Of a DNA stretch of 64,000 nucleotides, positions 45,662 through 54,666 are shown one piece after another. Where the stretch lies: positions 1,848-65,847 of the forward strand of contig JBGTNI010000098.1 of assembly GCA_041743105.1 (NCBI GenBank), read 5' to 3'. Under the pieces are notes generated by a model, which saw only the letters and a program-made list of their open reading frames with translations, did not search any database and was not told the DNA's origin. Source of the DNA: Mycobacteriales bacterium (lineage in GTDB: Bacteria; Actinomycetota; Actinomycetes; Mycobacteriales; QHCE01). A program made the translations under genes and the position numbers. Position 1 is the first letter of the stretch. The number at the start of each line of letters is the position of its first letter.

Positions 45662-45976
45662 GTCGGTGAGGACGGTCCAGACCGCGCCCCATTCGTCATG
45701 GTCGGAAGCTCTGCTGGCTCCGAGGGAGACCAGACGCGTTACCTCAGTTTCGCGGTCGACCGCGGTCAGATCGACGTGAAGCCGGTTTTTCGCTGTTTTG
45801 GATTCCGGGACCTTTATAAAAAACCAGGACGGTCGGCCCGCGACGTGATCGTCGATGGACGCGAAGAACTCGCTGGCACCGTCGTCGACGGGGCGATCGA
45901 GCACCGCTGACCAAAACGTTGCGAGCCGCTGAGGATTTTCGCAGTCGAAATTGATGTGAGCCAGCATCAGAGTCAT
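45623..45976 (-). CDS. VOC/glyoxalase-like domain protein
   Basis: MTLMLAHINFDCENPQRLATFWSAVL ... KNRLHVDL ... VLTDPEGNEFCI. Paralogous to the partial gene at 63633. Confidence 0.7.
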   Translation of the reverse strand: MTLMLAHINFDCENPQRLATFWSAVLDRPVDDGASEFFASIDDHVAGRPSWFFIKVPESKTAKNRLHVDLTAVDRETEVTRLVSLGASRASDHDEWGAVWTVLTDPEGNEFCIGQQQ

Positions 45977-46058
45977 GGCGAAACTCTATCGGCAATCGCG
46001 CTCAATGCGCCCGCGACTGTTGCGGTTGGCGTCGTGAGTCAAAGAGCCGGTGGGGACG

Positions 46059-46493
46059 CTATTCGACGTTGTTTAACGGGTTGATCCAGCTGAGTCCAGC
46101 GAAGCGAGCAAAGTCTGTGTCCGCTGAGCAGAGCTGGAGACCATGCTCGATGGCGAGTGCGGCAAGATGCGCGTCCGATACCAGATTTCCTCGCATCTGA
46201 TACCGCTGCACCAGTTCGCCTAGCACGTCGGCGTGACGGGTCGTTGGTTCCGGTATCCAGACCGGTTCGGCCGCAAGCCATTCGGTTACCTGTTGCCACG
46301 CCTCATTCGGGCTCAGCGGTTGCCGGTACACCCGCGGGTGGGTGCTGATCCGCACGAAAGCCACGAGGCACTGCCACGGCAGACCCACACGTGTCACGCC
46401 ACCCAGCCGGTTCTCGAGCCACGTCCGCGCATTTATGTGGAAGGGGCTGGACCTGTCTCGCGCGTAGAGCAACAGGTTTGCGTCTATCAGCAT
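46059..46493 (-). CDS. vapC: PIN-domain toxin VapC
   Basis: MLIDANLLLYA (Asp), a C-terminal LVSDAHLAALAIEHG and SADTDFARF. Confidence 0.85.
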   Translation of the reverse strand: MLIDANLLLYARDRSSPFHINARTWLENRLGGVTRVGLPWQCLVAFVRISTHPRVYRQPLSPNEAWQQVTEWLAAEPVWIPEPTTRHADVLGELVQRYQMRGNLVSDAHLAALAIEHGLQLCSADTDFARFAGLSWINPLNNVE

Positions 46494-46723
46494 TAACGTG
46501 CCGCTGGACCGTCGAGCAGTTCGAGAGTGTCGGCAATGTTCGATACGTCCAGCCGAGCACCCATGTCAGACGTGCGTTGCTGGAAAGTAGCCGGAGCGCT
46601 GGTCTGCATGAGACCGCGACGTACTAGTTCGTTCACTACGGCGCTTATCCCCATGCCACGTCTGGTTTTTAGCCGGCTCACGGCAGCTGACACGTCATCA
46701 TCGAGCGTGATTGTCGTACGCAT
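46493..46723 (-). CDS. VapB-type antitoxin
   Basis: MRTTITLDDDVSAAVSRLKTRRGMGISAVVNELVRRGL. Has a 1-nt overlap with the toxin. A 6-2-6 palindrome agcatc tt gatgct lies at 46735-46748 in its promoter region. Confidence 0.7.
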   Translation of the reverse strand: MRTTITLDDDVSAAVSRLKTRRGMGISAVVNELVRRGLMQTSAPATFQQRTSDMGARLDVSNIADTLELLDGPAAR

Positions 46724-46795
46724 GCTCCTATCCTAGCATCTTGATGCTCGCGTTATGCACACGAATCATGCGTATCCTTTGCCCTGAGCGCCAGT

Positions 46796-48280
46796 TTGGC
46801 TTTCCGTGGAGTGAGCGCTATGCCTGAAGGATCCGATGCCGTCCAGGGTTGGCGGGACGGCATTGACATGTACCCTTCAGGTCCCTTTCGCGACCAGACC
46901 GCGCGAGTCACGTTCGACCTCCGCCGTCGCATCGAGTCCGGTGAGGTCGGCGCTGAGGCTGAGCTACCGAGCCGGACGACATTGAGCGGCGCTTACGAGG
47001 TTGAGCCGACTGTCGTATTGGCGGCGTGGAGCACCTTGGTCGGGGAAAAGCTCCTTACGCTGCGCGGTGATACCGCCGTTGTGCGCCAGGGCGTCGTCGC
47101 CAGGGCCGCGCCTCATGGCCTTTCACCGCTGGCCAAGAAGCTCCTTAGCCGTATCCACTCCGGCGAACTGACCCCTGGAACGCCTATTGCCAGAAGCAAG
47201 GTTGTGGAAATACACGGCGTGAACCGGCCTGCGGCCGATGCCGCGCTACGGCAACTCGCGCACGTGGGTTTGCTAGCGGACAATCCGAATGGGTGGGGCT
47301 GGCTGGTCGCCGGTGAGCTGGGTGTTGCCACTCCCATCGATCGGACTGCGCGCTCGGTGTATCGATACTCGCCTAAACCGAGTGGAGCGATACCCGGCGG
47401 AGCGGTCGAGGAGGCGGTGACGCGTGGTATTGAGCGTTACGGGCGCTGGGCGGACCGCCTGACCAAGCGGGAGCAGGTTGCGCATGTGATCGGAAGCCTC
47501 ATCGCGGCGGGTGAGATAGCGGCCGATACGAAGCTCACTACCGGAAATATTGTTCGCGTGTTTGGCGTGGGGAAAGCACTGGCCGATCGTGCGCGGGAAG
47601 ATCTCGTGGCGGCGGGGATGCTTACGGTGCAGAGCGTGTCGGCGGGAAGTCGTGTTGCATCGGATTCGTATCGACTTCAGGCCGTGGTCGTGGATCCCGA
47701 GCTGGTCGACCACTGGCAAGCCACAGTCGACCGTTATCAAGGCGCTGAGAACTCGATGCATGAGGCTGTGGCTTACGACCTGCGACGTAGGGTGGAATCT
47801 GGCGAGCTTAGGCCTGCAACGCCTCTCCCGGCGTACGTGTCGCTAAAAGCTATCTACGGCGTCGAAGATCGCACTCTGCGGGCTGCGCTGAAACATCTGG
47901 TCACAGAGGGGGCGTTAACCGGAACAGAGAATGGGTTCCGTGTTTCTTCTAGGATCCAACTACAAGAGCCGCCAGGCCTCAGTCCGCTGGCTCGCCGGAT
48001 GAAGCGTGCCCTTGACAGTGGTCAACTCACGCTCGGGGGATTGAGCAAGAGCTCTCTGGGCGATCAATTCGACGCGGGCCCTGGTTCAGTGGGCGCGGCG
48101 ATGCGCCAGCTGTCCCACGTGGGGGCATGGCCCCGTTTCGGGAGTAGGGAAGCCGCGCAGGTTGACTCACTGAGCAGTCGTCCCGCGCAACCTATCTCTC
48201 ATTCCACCACTGGTAGCTCTACTCATGTTTCCACCACTGGTAGAAGTGATGTACCGGGCCGTGGCCGTGGCCGACAGTGA
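46796..48280 (+). CDS. protein made of five tandem GntR-like winged-HTH modules, no effector domain
   Basis: Five ~60-aa units of the form xxhxxxIxSGEhxxxxxLPxxxxLxxxaGVxxxxxxxALxxLxxxGhLxxxxxxGxxV. Examples: FDLRRRIESGEV..TLSGAYEVEPTV, LLSRIHSGELTPG..VEIHGVNRPAADAALRQLAHVGLL and YDLRRRVESGELRP..KAIYGVEDRTLRAALKHLVTEGAL. TTG start at 46796 or ATG at 46820. The 3' end overlaps thiD by 62 nt. Confidence 0.55.
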   Translation: MAFRGVSAMPEGSDAVQGWRDGIDMYPSGPFRDQTARVTFDLRRRIESGEVGAEAELPSRTTLSGAYEVEPTVVLAAWSTLVGEKLLTLRGDTAVVRQGVVARAAPHGLSPLAKKLLSRIHSGELTPGTPIARSKVVEIHGVNRPAADAALRQLAHVGLLADNPNGWGWLVAGELGVATPIDRTARSVYRYSPKPSGAIPGGAVEEAVTRGIERYGRWADRLTKREQVAHVIGSLIAAGEIAADTKLTTGNIVRVFGVGKALADRAREDLVAAGMLTVQSVSAGSRVASDSYRLQAVVVDPELVDHWQATVDRYQGAENSMHEAVAYDLRRRVESGELRPATPLPAYVSLKAIYGVEDRTLRAALKHLVTEGALTGTENGFRVSSRIQLQEPPGLSPLARRMKRALDSGQLTLGGLSKSSLGDQFDAGPGSVGAAMRQLSHVGAWPRFGSREAAQVDSLSSRPAQPISHSTTGSSTHVSTTGRSDVPGRGRGRQ

Positions 48281-49025
48281 GTTGATTTGCTGCCGTGAGT
48301 GCGCCGGTGAGATAAGTTTTCGCGTCACACACCGCCACTAGCCAGCTTGCGCGCTGTGGTCGAAGTGCCGCGATAGCCGACGACAGTGTGCACCCTGTGC
48401 CGTGAGTGTTGTTCGTGGCTACCCGGGAGCTGGGTAGCCACTGCTGCCCGTCCCTCCAGACCAGCACATCATCGCTGGTGGAACCGGACAGGTGACCTCC
48501 CTTGAGGAGCACCCGTGGGGCGCCGAATTCGAGTAACCGCTGCGCGTGCGCCAGCATCTCCGGCTGGTCGCGGGCCTCGCTGTCGTCGAGTAGATCGGCT
48601 GCCTCCGGCAGGTTCGGCGTGATCAAATCGGCCCGGGGGAGCAGCCGATCTCGCAGCGCGGCCACAGCGTCGGCGGCCAGCAGCCGATCGCCGCTCTTAG
48701 CCACCATCACCGGATCGAGTACGACGTAGCCGACGTCGTAGCGTTCTAAGGCCGCCGCGACCGAGCTGATGACCTCGGTGCTCCGCAGCATGCCGATCTT
48801 GACCGCGTCGACCCGAACATCACCTAACAACGTGTCCAGTTGCGCGGTGACGAAGCCGGCCGGAACCTCGTGTATGGCGGTCACCCCCGTGGTGGTCTGG
48901 GCTACCAGCGCCGTCACCACCGACATGCCATAGCTGCCGAGCGCCGAAAATGTCTTCAGGTCAGCCTGGATACCAGCGCCGCCGCTAGGGTCCGTTCCGG
49001 CAATGGATAAAACGTTGACGATCAC
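48219..49025 (-). CDS. thiD: hydroxymethylpyrimidine/phosphomethylpyrimidine kinase
   Basis: VLSIAGTDPSGGAGIQADLKTFSALG, DPVMVAKSGD and NTHGTGCTLSSAIAA. Confidence 0.9.
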   Translation of the reverse strand: MIVNVLSIAGTDPSGGAGIQADLKTFSALGSYGMSVVTALVAQTTTGVTAIHEVPAGFVTAQLDTLLGDVRVDAVKIGMLRSTEVISSVAAALERYDVGYVVLDPVMVAKSGDRLLAADAVAALRDRLLPRADLITPNLPEAADLLDDSEARDQPEMLAHAQRLLEFGAPRVLLKGGHLSGSTSDDVLVWRDGQQWLPSSRVATNNTHGTGCTLSSAIAALRPQRASWLVAVCDAKTYLTGALTAANQLTVGHGHGPVHHFYQWWKHE

Positions 49026-49077
49026 CGCGCCACCTCTCCGGCCAGCTCCTGCACCTTTATCGGGGACAAGGGAACGC

Positions 49078-49701
49078 CTATCGCAGCGCGGCGGCGGCGG
49101 CCCGCGGATCGTCGGCGGCGCAGATTGCCGACACTACGGCGATGCCACTGACGCCTGTCGCCCGTACGGCTACCACGTTGTCTGCCTTGATGCCACCAAT
49201 CGCGACCGTCGGGACGCTACTGGTCCCGCAGAGTTCAGCCACTCCCGCGACGCTGACCGGGGCGGCGGCGTTGGGCTTGGTGGTGGTGAAAAACACCGGT
49301 CCGATGCCGATATAGCTCACCGTGCCTGGTGGCAGCGCGTTCACCTGGACGATCTGCTCGGCCCGCGAAGTAGACAACCCAATCACCAGCTCGTCCCCGG
49401 CAACTCGGCGGGCCTGAGTAACCGGTAGATCCAGCTGCCCCAGATGTACGCCGTCGGCTCCGGTCGCCAGCGCGACATCGAGTCGATCGTTAATGATCAC
49501 CGCGATATCGGTCTCCGCTAGCGCGCCCACCAGCTCCGCGGCCATAGCATGCAGTTCGCGGGTGGTGGCCTTGTGATCCCGTAACTGCACCATAGTGACC
49601 CCCCCGGCTACGGCGGCCCGGACCGTCGCCGTCACCCCTCGCGCGCCACACATAGCGGTGTCGGTTACCAGATACAGGGTCGGATCGAAGGTCTTATGCA
49701 T
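49078..49701 (-). CDS. thiE: thiamine-phosphate synthase
   Basis: LYLVTD, VQLRDK-like VQLRDHK, DGVHLGQ, IGPVFFTTTK and VAIGGI blocks. Confidence 0.9.
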   Translation of the reverse strand: MHKTFDPTLYLVTDTAMCGARGVTATVRAAVAGGVTMVQLRDHKATTRELHAMAAELVGALAETDIAVIINDRLDVALATGADGVHLGQLDLPVTQARRVAGDELVIGLSTSRAEQIVQVNALPPGTVSYIGIGPVFFTTTKPNAAAPVSVAGVAELCGTSSVPTVAIGGIKADNVVAVRATGVSGIAVVSAICAADDPRAAAAALR

Positions 49702-49709
49702 CGGTCTCC

Positions 49710-50540
49710 TTAGAGCTTGCGAGTGCTCGTGCTTAACGTAAACAGCTCGTCGAGCAGCGATACCGCGAACGAGCCGGGTCCGCTGACTCCCCGAGTTGCT
49801 CGTTCGCCTGCCGCCGCCAGCAGGGCTGATGCCGACGTGGCTGCCCGTAGCGGTTGCGGGTGCACTGCGGTAACTGCCGCGATCAAAGCTCCCAGAATGC
49901 AGCCGGTGCCGGTTACCCGTGTCAGCATTACATCGCCGCCCGGAACCCGCACAGTGCTGTGGCCGTCGGTGAGGTAGTCCTCGACGCCACTCACCGCCAC
50001 GACGCTGCCGTGCCGGCGGGCCAGAATATGAGCCGCGTCCAGCGCCTCAGCGGAATCCGCGAGGGAATCGACGCCCTTGCTGCCTCTGCCGCCCGACGTG
50101 GTTAGGCCCGCCAAACTTATGATCTCAGCGGCATTGCCGCGAATCACGGTGGGGCGCCATTGCAACAATTCGTGGGCCAATGCGGTGCGCTCACCCAGCA
50201 CGCCGACTGCTACTGGGTCGAGTACCCACGGGGTGCCGCCGCGATCCGCCGCCTGGGCGGCGGCACGCATCGCTTCGCTTCGTTCAGTCGACAGCGTGCC
50301 TAGGTTGATCAGCACGCTGTCGGCCACTGCCACGAACTCGGCCGCCTCCGGCGTGCTTTCCACCATTGCCGGAGAGGCTCCGATGGCTAGCAGCGCGTTT
50401 GCGGTGACACCCGCGGCCACCACATTGGTGATGCAGTGGACTAGCGGCTGTGCCTGCGCCACCTCGGCGATATCGGCTACCACCGGAGCGTCAGGCCACA
50501 GCACCGCGGGCGGTGGCTGCGATGGCTCGGGGTTACTCAC
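49710..50540 (-). CDS. thiM: hydroxyethylthiazole kinase
   Basis: PLVHCITNVVAAGVTANALLAIGASPAMV and TGTGCILGALIAA. Confidence 0.9.
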   Translation of the reverse strand: MSNPEPSQPPPAVLWPDAPVVADIAEVAQAQPLVHCITNVVAAGVTANALLAIGASPAMVESTPEAAEFVAVADSVLINLGTLSTERSEAMRAAAQAADRGGTPWVLDPVAVGVLGERTALAHELLQWRPTVIRGNAAEIISLAGLTTSGGRGSKGVDSLADSAEALDAAHILARRHGSVVAVSGVEDYLTDGHSTVRVPGGDVMLTRVTGTGCILGALIAAVTAVHPQPLRAATSASALLAAAGERATRGVSGPGSFAVSLLDELFTLSTSTRKL

Positions 50541-50874
50541 TGGGCCGTCCCTTCTGCCTACAGGTTAGTTGCCGACTACCACCTGGTTGGGCGTGGTTCG
50601 TCCGAACGGTTTGTGTTGGGCCGTATCTACGGCGATCTGGCAGGCAGATGGCCCGGGACGTGTCACGATCGAGCTATTGAAACGCCGACAGCGCTCCGCA
50701 TCCGGAGCTACCCGGTAACGGTTTGGTTCGATTGTTATTAAGGAGTCGAGGAGATGCCCAGTCTCACCCCTGAGTTCGCGCTTCGAGGCTTTAGTTGGCA
50801 CTGAGTGCGATAGCACGAAGGGTCACCCCTGCTCCTGCCCTATCTGCCCACTGTTCGACCTCTTAATATGTAGT

Positions 50875-50921
50875 ACATAAAGTGCCGCGCCCATCCACGA
50901 ATGGAGCGCGGCACTTTATGT
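50875..50921. other. strong 16+4 bp hairpin in the thiM / GGDEF-EAL divergent intergenic region
   Basis: acataaagtgccgcgc (50875-50890) pairs perfectly with gcgcggcactttatgt (50906-50921). An inner ccat/atgg pair lies after a 1-nt bulge. No convincing U-tract on either strand. Confidence 0.5.
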
Positions 50922-50961
50922 GCGTGGCGTAATGTCCTCACCCAAAGGGGGTGACGTCTAA

Positions 50962-53517
50962 GTGGAAACAGTTTCGTCTGCGCGTCTGGTTCCGTTGCCG
51001 GTGGCTAAGCGTCTCATCTACGCCATGTCGATCGGATGCATCGTCGCATCGGCCGTGCTGTTCGCCCTGACGTTCTCCGTGGCGGACTATCGGGAGATTT
51101 CCTGGCCAGCGGTAGCGCTGATCGGGTTGTTGGCCGTCGTCTGCGATCAGGTCAATCTCAGGTTCGTCATCCGCCGACAGACGTCGAGTTTTAATCTCGG
51201 CGAGATCCCGCTGGTGTTGTCGCTGTTCTGGCTGCCCCCGCTGGCCTTCTTGCTACTACGGGAGATCCCCGGCCAGTCGTGGGCGTATCTGAAGACTCGT
51301 AGCGAGCCGATCAAGCAGCTCACTAATTTCGCGGTGCATGCCCTCGACGTCGCGCTGGTCACCTATATATTTCGGCTGTTCAACGAGCGTGATCCCGGCG
51401 AAGCCAGAACCTGGGCAATTGTTCTCCTGGCGGTGCTGCTCACCAATGGCGTCACCAGCGTTGTCGTCGCCACAGCCATCTCGCTGGTGCAAGAACCGCT
51501 TCGTGGGGCGGAGGTGTTGCGATATGGCGCTACCTACTTCGGCGCCGCCGTGCTGAACACCTCCGTCGGCTTAGTGATGGCGCTGGTCTTTGACGCCAAC
51601 CATGTCGCGGTCGTGCTCCTAGCAGTGATTTTTACGGTGCTGCTGTGTGGTTACGGTGCCTACAGTCGGGTGGTTCGCCAGCACAAGACGCTCAACCATC
51701 TCTACGATTTCACTAAGGCGGTTAGCAGCGCCCGCCACGACGGGGGGCTTGCCGACGCGCTGTTGTTACGTGCTCGTGAGCTGCTCGATGCGGAGCGGGC
51801 GTCACTGTGGCTCCCGGCTCAGGGTCGTTACCCGGAGCTGCGGCTGTCCGCCCGTGAAGGTATCTCCGGGCTAGTCGATGACCCGCAGACCGAGCCAGAT
51901 GCAATCCGTTCCCGGGTGATCGAATCCGGCACCACCGTGGTCATTTCCGGCAAGTACTCCACCACCGATGCCGCGCTGCGCTGCGCGCTGACTGCGCGAG
52001 GAGCCAAAGACATCATCGCGGTGCCGCTCCGCTCCGGCACCGTCGTCGTCGGCTGCCTGGAGGCGGCGAACCGATTGGGTGAACTGTCGACCTTTGGCCC
52101 AGACGATGTACAGCTTGCCGAGACCCTGGCGGCACACGCGGCAGTGGCCGTGGAGAACTCTCGACTCGTCGATCGGTTGCGTCACGATGCCGAGCACGAT
52201 GGGCTCACCGGACTGCCGAACCGGCGCCGTTTCGCTACGGCGGTGCGGGCTGCGGTCAAGGTGCAGCCGGCACCCGGCGAGGTGGTAGCGATCATCGAGT
52301 TCGACGTCGATTCGCTGCGTGACGTCAACGAGACGCTGGGTCGCGACGCGGGAGATCGGCTACTGGTGGAGGTAGGCCGACGACTGCAATCGGAGTCCCC
52401 CGATGGTGCGCTGGTGGCGCGGCTAGGTGGTGACGAGTTTGCGGTGTTGGTGCGCGCACAAGGCTTGGAGGATGCGCAGGCGCGTGCTGCCGCGCTGCAG
52501 CACGGCTTGGTCGAGCCGCTCAAGCTGGACAAGTTCACTCTCGACGTCGGCGCCGCGGTGGGGATCGCGATGTACCCCGAGCACGGCGACGACGCGGCCA
52601 CGTTGCTGCAGCGCGCCGACGTGGCCACCTACGCTGCCAAGAACAATCCGCGCTCGATTCAGGTGTATCGCCCGGCCCTGGAGTCGCGCAGCCTGCAACG
52701 TATGGGGCTGGTGTCGGAACTGCGGCGGGCTATCGACGACGAAGCGTTAGCGGTCTTCTATCAACCCAAGGTTGCGCTGGCCGATCGTGAACTCGTGGGC
52801 ATGGAATGCTTGGTGCGTTGGGACCATCCCGAACACGGCCTGGTTCCACCCGACGACTTCATCCCGGTTGCCGAGCACACCGGTCTCGTCGGTGCGTTGA
52901 CGCGGTTGGTGCTCAAAACGTCGCTTGCCCAGTGTCAGTCGTGGGCGCAATCTGGCACCGACATCGGTGTCTCGGTCAACCTTTCAGCTCGAAGCCTTGC
53001 CGATCCAGACTTCGCCGACGAGCTCGATGCCATGCTGCGGGAAAGTGGTGTGCCGCCACAGCGACTCACATTAGAGATCGTCGAGAGCGCGATGGTCGGG
53101 GATGCGCATCGACCGATCCCGACGCTGCGCAAATTGTTTGCGCTCGGGGTGCGGCTGTCGATAGACGACTTCGGCACCGGATACTCGTCGTTGTCCTACC
53201 TCCGCCGGTTGCCGGTGCACGAAGTAAAGATCGACAAGTCTTTCGTGCTGGGAATGGCTACCGACTCAGGGGATCTGGGCATCGTTCGGGCCATTGTGGA
53301 CCTCGGTCATCACCTCGGTATGGTTGTGGTCGCCGAAGGCGTGGAAAGCGAGATGACGTTGGCGCTGTTGGAGGAGATGGGTTGCGACATCGCGCAAGGC
53401 TTCTTGTTTTCTAGGCCGCTCCCGCAGGAGCGGATCGAATCCTGGATGCGGCAACGCACCCAGACCGATTCCAGCTCCGGTAGCGGTGCGCAGCGGCTAC
53501 GGGTCGTGAGTGGCTGA
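50962..53517 (+). CDS. membrane sensor GAF-GGDEF-EAL protein (c-di-GMP turnover)
   Basis: About 7 N-terminal TM segments and a GAF-like region. GGDEF motif ARLGGDEFAVLV. EAL domain with ECLVRW, DDFGTGYSSLSYL, KIDKSF, EGVE and QGF. Confidence 0.9.
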   Translation: METVSSARLVPLPVAKRLIYAMSIGCIVASAVLFALTFSVADYREISWPAVALIGLLAVVCDQVNLRFVIRRQTSSFNLGEIPLVLSLFWLPPLAFLLLREIPGQSWAYLKTRSEPIKQLTNFAVHALDVALVTYIFRLFNERDPGEARTWAIVLLAVLLTNGVTSVVVATAISLVQEPLRGAEVLRYGATYFGAAVLNTSVGLVMALVFDANHVAVVLLAVIFTVLLCGYGAYSRVVRQHKTLNHLYDFTKAVSSARHDGGLADALLLRARELLDAERASLWLPAQGRYPELRLSAREGISGLVDDPQTEPDAIRSRVIESGTTVVISGKYSTTDAALRCALTARGAKDIIAVPLRSGTVVVGCLEAANRLGELSTFGPDDVQLAETLAAHAAVAVENSRLVDRLRHDAEHDGLTGLPNRRRFATAVRAAVKVQPAPGEVVAIIEFDVDSLRDVNETLGRDAGDRLLVEVGRRLQSESPDGALVARLGGDEFAVLVRAQGLEDAQARAAALQHGLVEPLKLDKFTLDVGAAVGIAMYPEHGDDAATLLQRADVATYAAKNNPRSIQVYRPALESRSLQRMGLVSELRRAIDDEALAVFYQPKVALADRELVGMECLVRWDHPEHGLVPPDDFIPVAEHTGLVGALTRLVLKTSLAQCQSWAQSGTDIGVSVNLSARSLADPDFADELDAMLRESGVPPQRLTLEIVESAMVGDAHRPIPTLRKLFALGVRLSIDDFGTGYSSLSYLRRLPVHEVKIDKSFVLGMATDSGDLGIVRAIVDLGHHLGMVVVAEGVESEMTLALLEEMGCDIAQGFLFSRPLPQERIESWMRQRTQTDSSSGSGAQRLRVVSG

Positions 53518-53577
53518 TGTGCGTGGTCGCCTCAGTTCCCCGATGTGGCCTGAGGTAGCCTAAAATCGCTCAATCAG

Positions 53578-53650
53578 GCCCCTTTAGCTCAGTCGGCAGA
53601 GCGTCTCCATGGTAAGGAGAAGGTCTACGGTTCGATTCCGTAAAGGGGCT
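53578..53650 (+). tRNA. tRNA-Thr (anticodon GGT)
   Basis: Hand-folded cloverleaf: acceptor gcccctt/aaggggc, D arm gctc..gagc, anticodon stem tctcc/ggaga with loop atGGTaa, T arm tacgg-ttcgatt-ccgta. Confidence 0.9.
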
Positions 53651-53828
53651 CTCAGATCGTCATGGGCTGTGCTCTCGCCGCCTCGCGTGCCTTATGCACG
53701 CGTCGGCGGCTGCGGCCTTGCCCATGCCAATCTGATGGTTAGCTTGTCGGCGGCTCCTGCGGCTTTGCAGGCGCCAGCTGACGGTCAGTGTGTTCATTGG
53801 GGTTACGCTGGTCATAAGAATTAGCTAG

Positions 53829-53902
53829 GGCGGTGTAGCTCAGCCAGGCAGAGCAAGCGGCTCATAATCGCTGTGTCGCCGGTTCAAATCCGGCCACCGC
53901 TA
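53829..53902 (+). tRNA. tRNA-Met (anticodon CAT), elongator type
   Basis: Acceptor ggcggtg/caccgct (G1-U72), anticodon stem agcgg/tcgct (one G-T pair) with loop ctCATaa, T arm gccgg-ttcaaat-ccggc. Confidence 0.85.
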
Positions 53903-53955
53903 CTATGTATGTGATGATTTCAGTCCAGTTTTGATGCACAGGAAGGCTCGTTGTT

Positions 53956-54120
53956 GTGGCCGCCACGGATGTACGCCCCAAGATCACGCTGGCTTGCCAG
54001 GAGTGCAAGGAACGTAACTACATTACTGTCAAGAATCGGCGCAACAATCCCGATCGGGTGGAGTTGAAGAAGTTCTGTTCGCGCTGTCGCAAGCACACCG
54101 CTCACCGCGAAACCCGCTAA
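53956..54120 (+). CDS. rpmG: 50S ribosomal protein L33
   Basis: 54-aa ORF, below the ORF-track cutoff: [54 protein letters not shown], with the CxxC...CxxC zinc ribbon. GGAAGG lies upstream of the GTG start. Confidence 0.9.
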   Translation: MAATDVRPKITLACQECKERNYITVKNRRNNPDRVELKKFCSRCRKHTAHRETR

Positions 54121-54138
54121 CCCATCCAGGGGGCACAC

Positions 54139-54666
54139 GTGGCAGCCGACGTGAAGGCACTGGCAGAACTCTTGCCGGGCCGCAGCTATCGGCTGCCTCA
54201 ACCCTATGAGGTGTCGGCGGAGAAGATTCGTGAGTTCGCGGCGGCTATCGGCGAGACGGAGCCTGCGTTCTACTCTGCGCAAGCCGCGGCTCGCCGAGGT
54301 TTTCGCGGGGTCATCGCCCCGCCAACCTTTCCCATCGTCATCACCTTCAAGGTGCTGCAGCAGCTGCTGGCCGATCCCGAGCTAGCGGTCGATCTGCGAC
54401 GCGTCATGCATGGCGATCAGCGATTTGTCGCTGTTCGACCGCTCTGCGCCGGGGACGTACTGGAATGCACTACATCGGTCGAGACCGTCCGCCGCCTCGG
54501 TGACAGCTTGATGGTGGGCACGCGTAGCGAGCTACGAGAAATTGGCGCGGCGGCTTTGGAGGCCCAGACCCTTGATGTCGAGCCTCGAGATGCGGGAGCT
54601 TTAGATGCGGGGTCTCCTGTGGTCACCGCGCACGCGACGCTACTGATCGGCATCCAAACCATATGA
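54139..54666 (+). CDS. MaoC-like (3R)-hydroxyacyl dehydratase subunit, HadA-like (non-catalytic hot-dog)
   Basis: YEVSAEKIREFAAAIGE ... APPTFP ... HGDQRF pattern. Conserved actinobacterial position after rpmG. Confidence 0.75.
   Translation: MAADVKALAELLPGRSYRLPQPYEVSAEKIREFAAAIGETEPAFYSAQAAARRGFRGVIAPPTFPIVITFKVLQQLLADPELAVDLRRVMHGDQRFVAVRPLCAGDVLECTTSVETVRRLGDSLMVGTRSELREIGAAALEAQTLDVEPRDAGALDAGSPVVTAHATLLIGIQTI

Noticed and set aside
50565-50816. 83-aa ORF in the thiM upstream region
   Set aside because: No motif, no SD, and atypical composition. It lies in what is more likely a non-coding leader.
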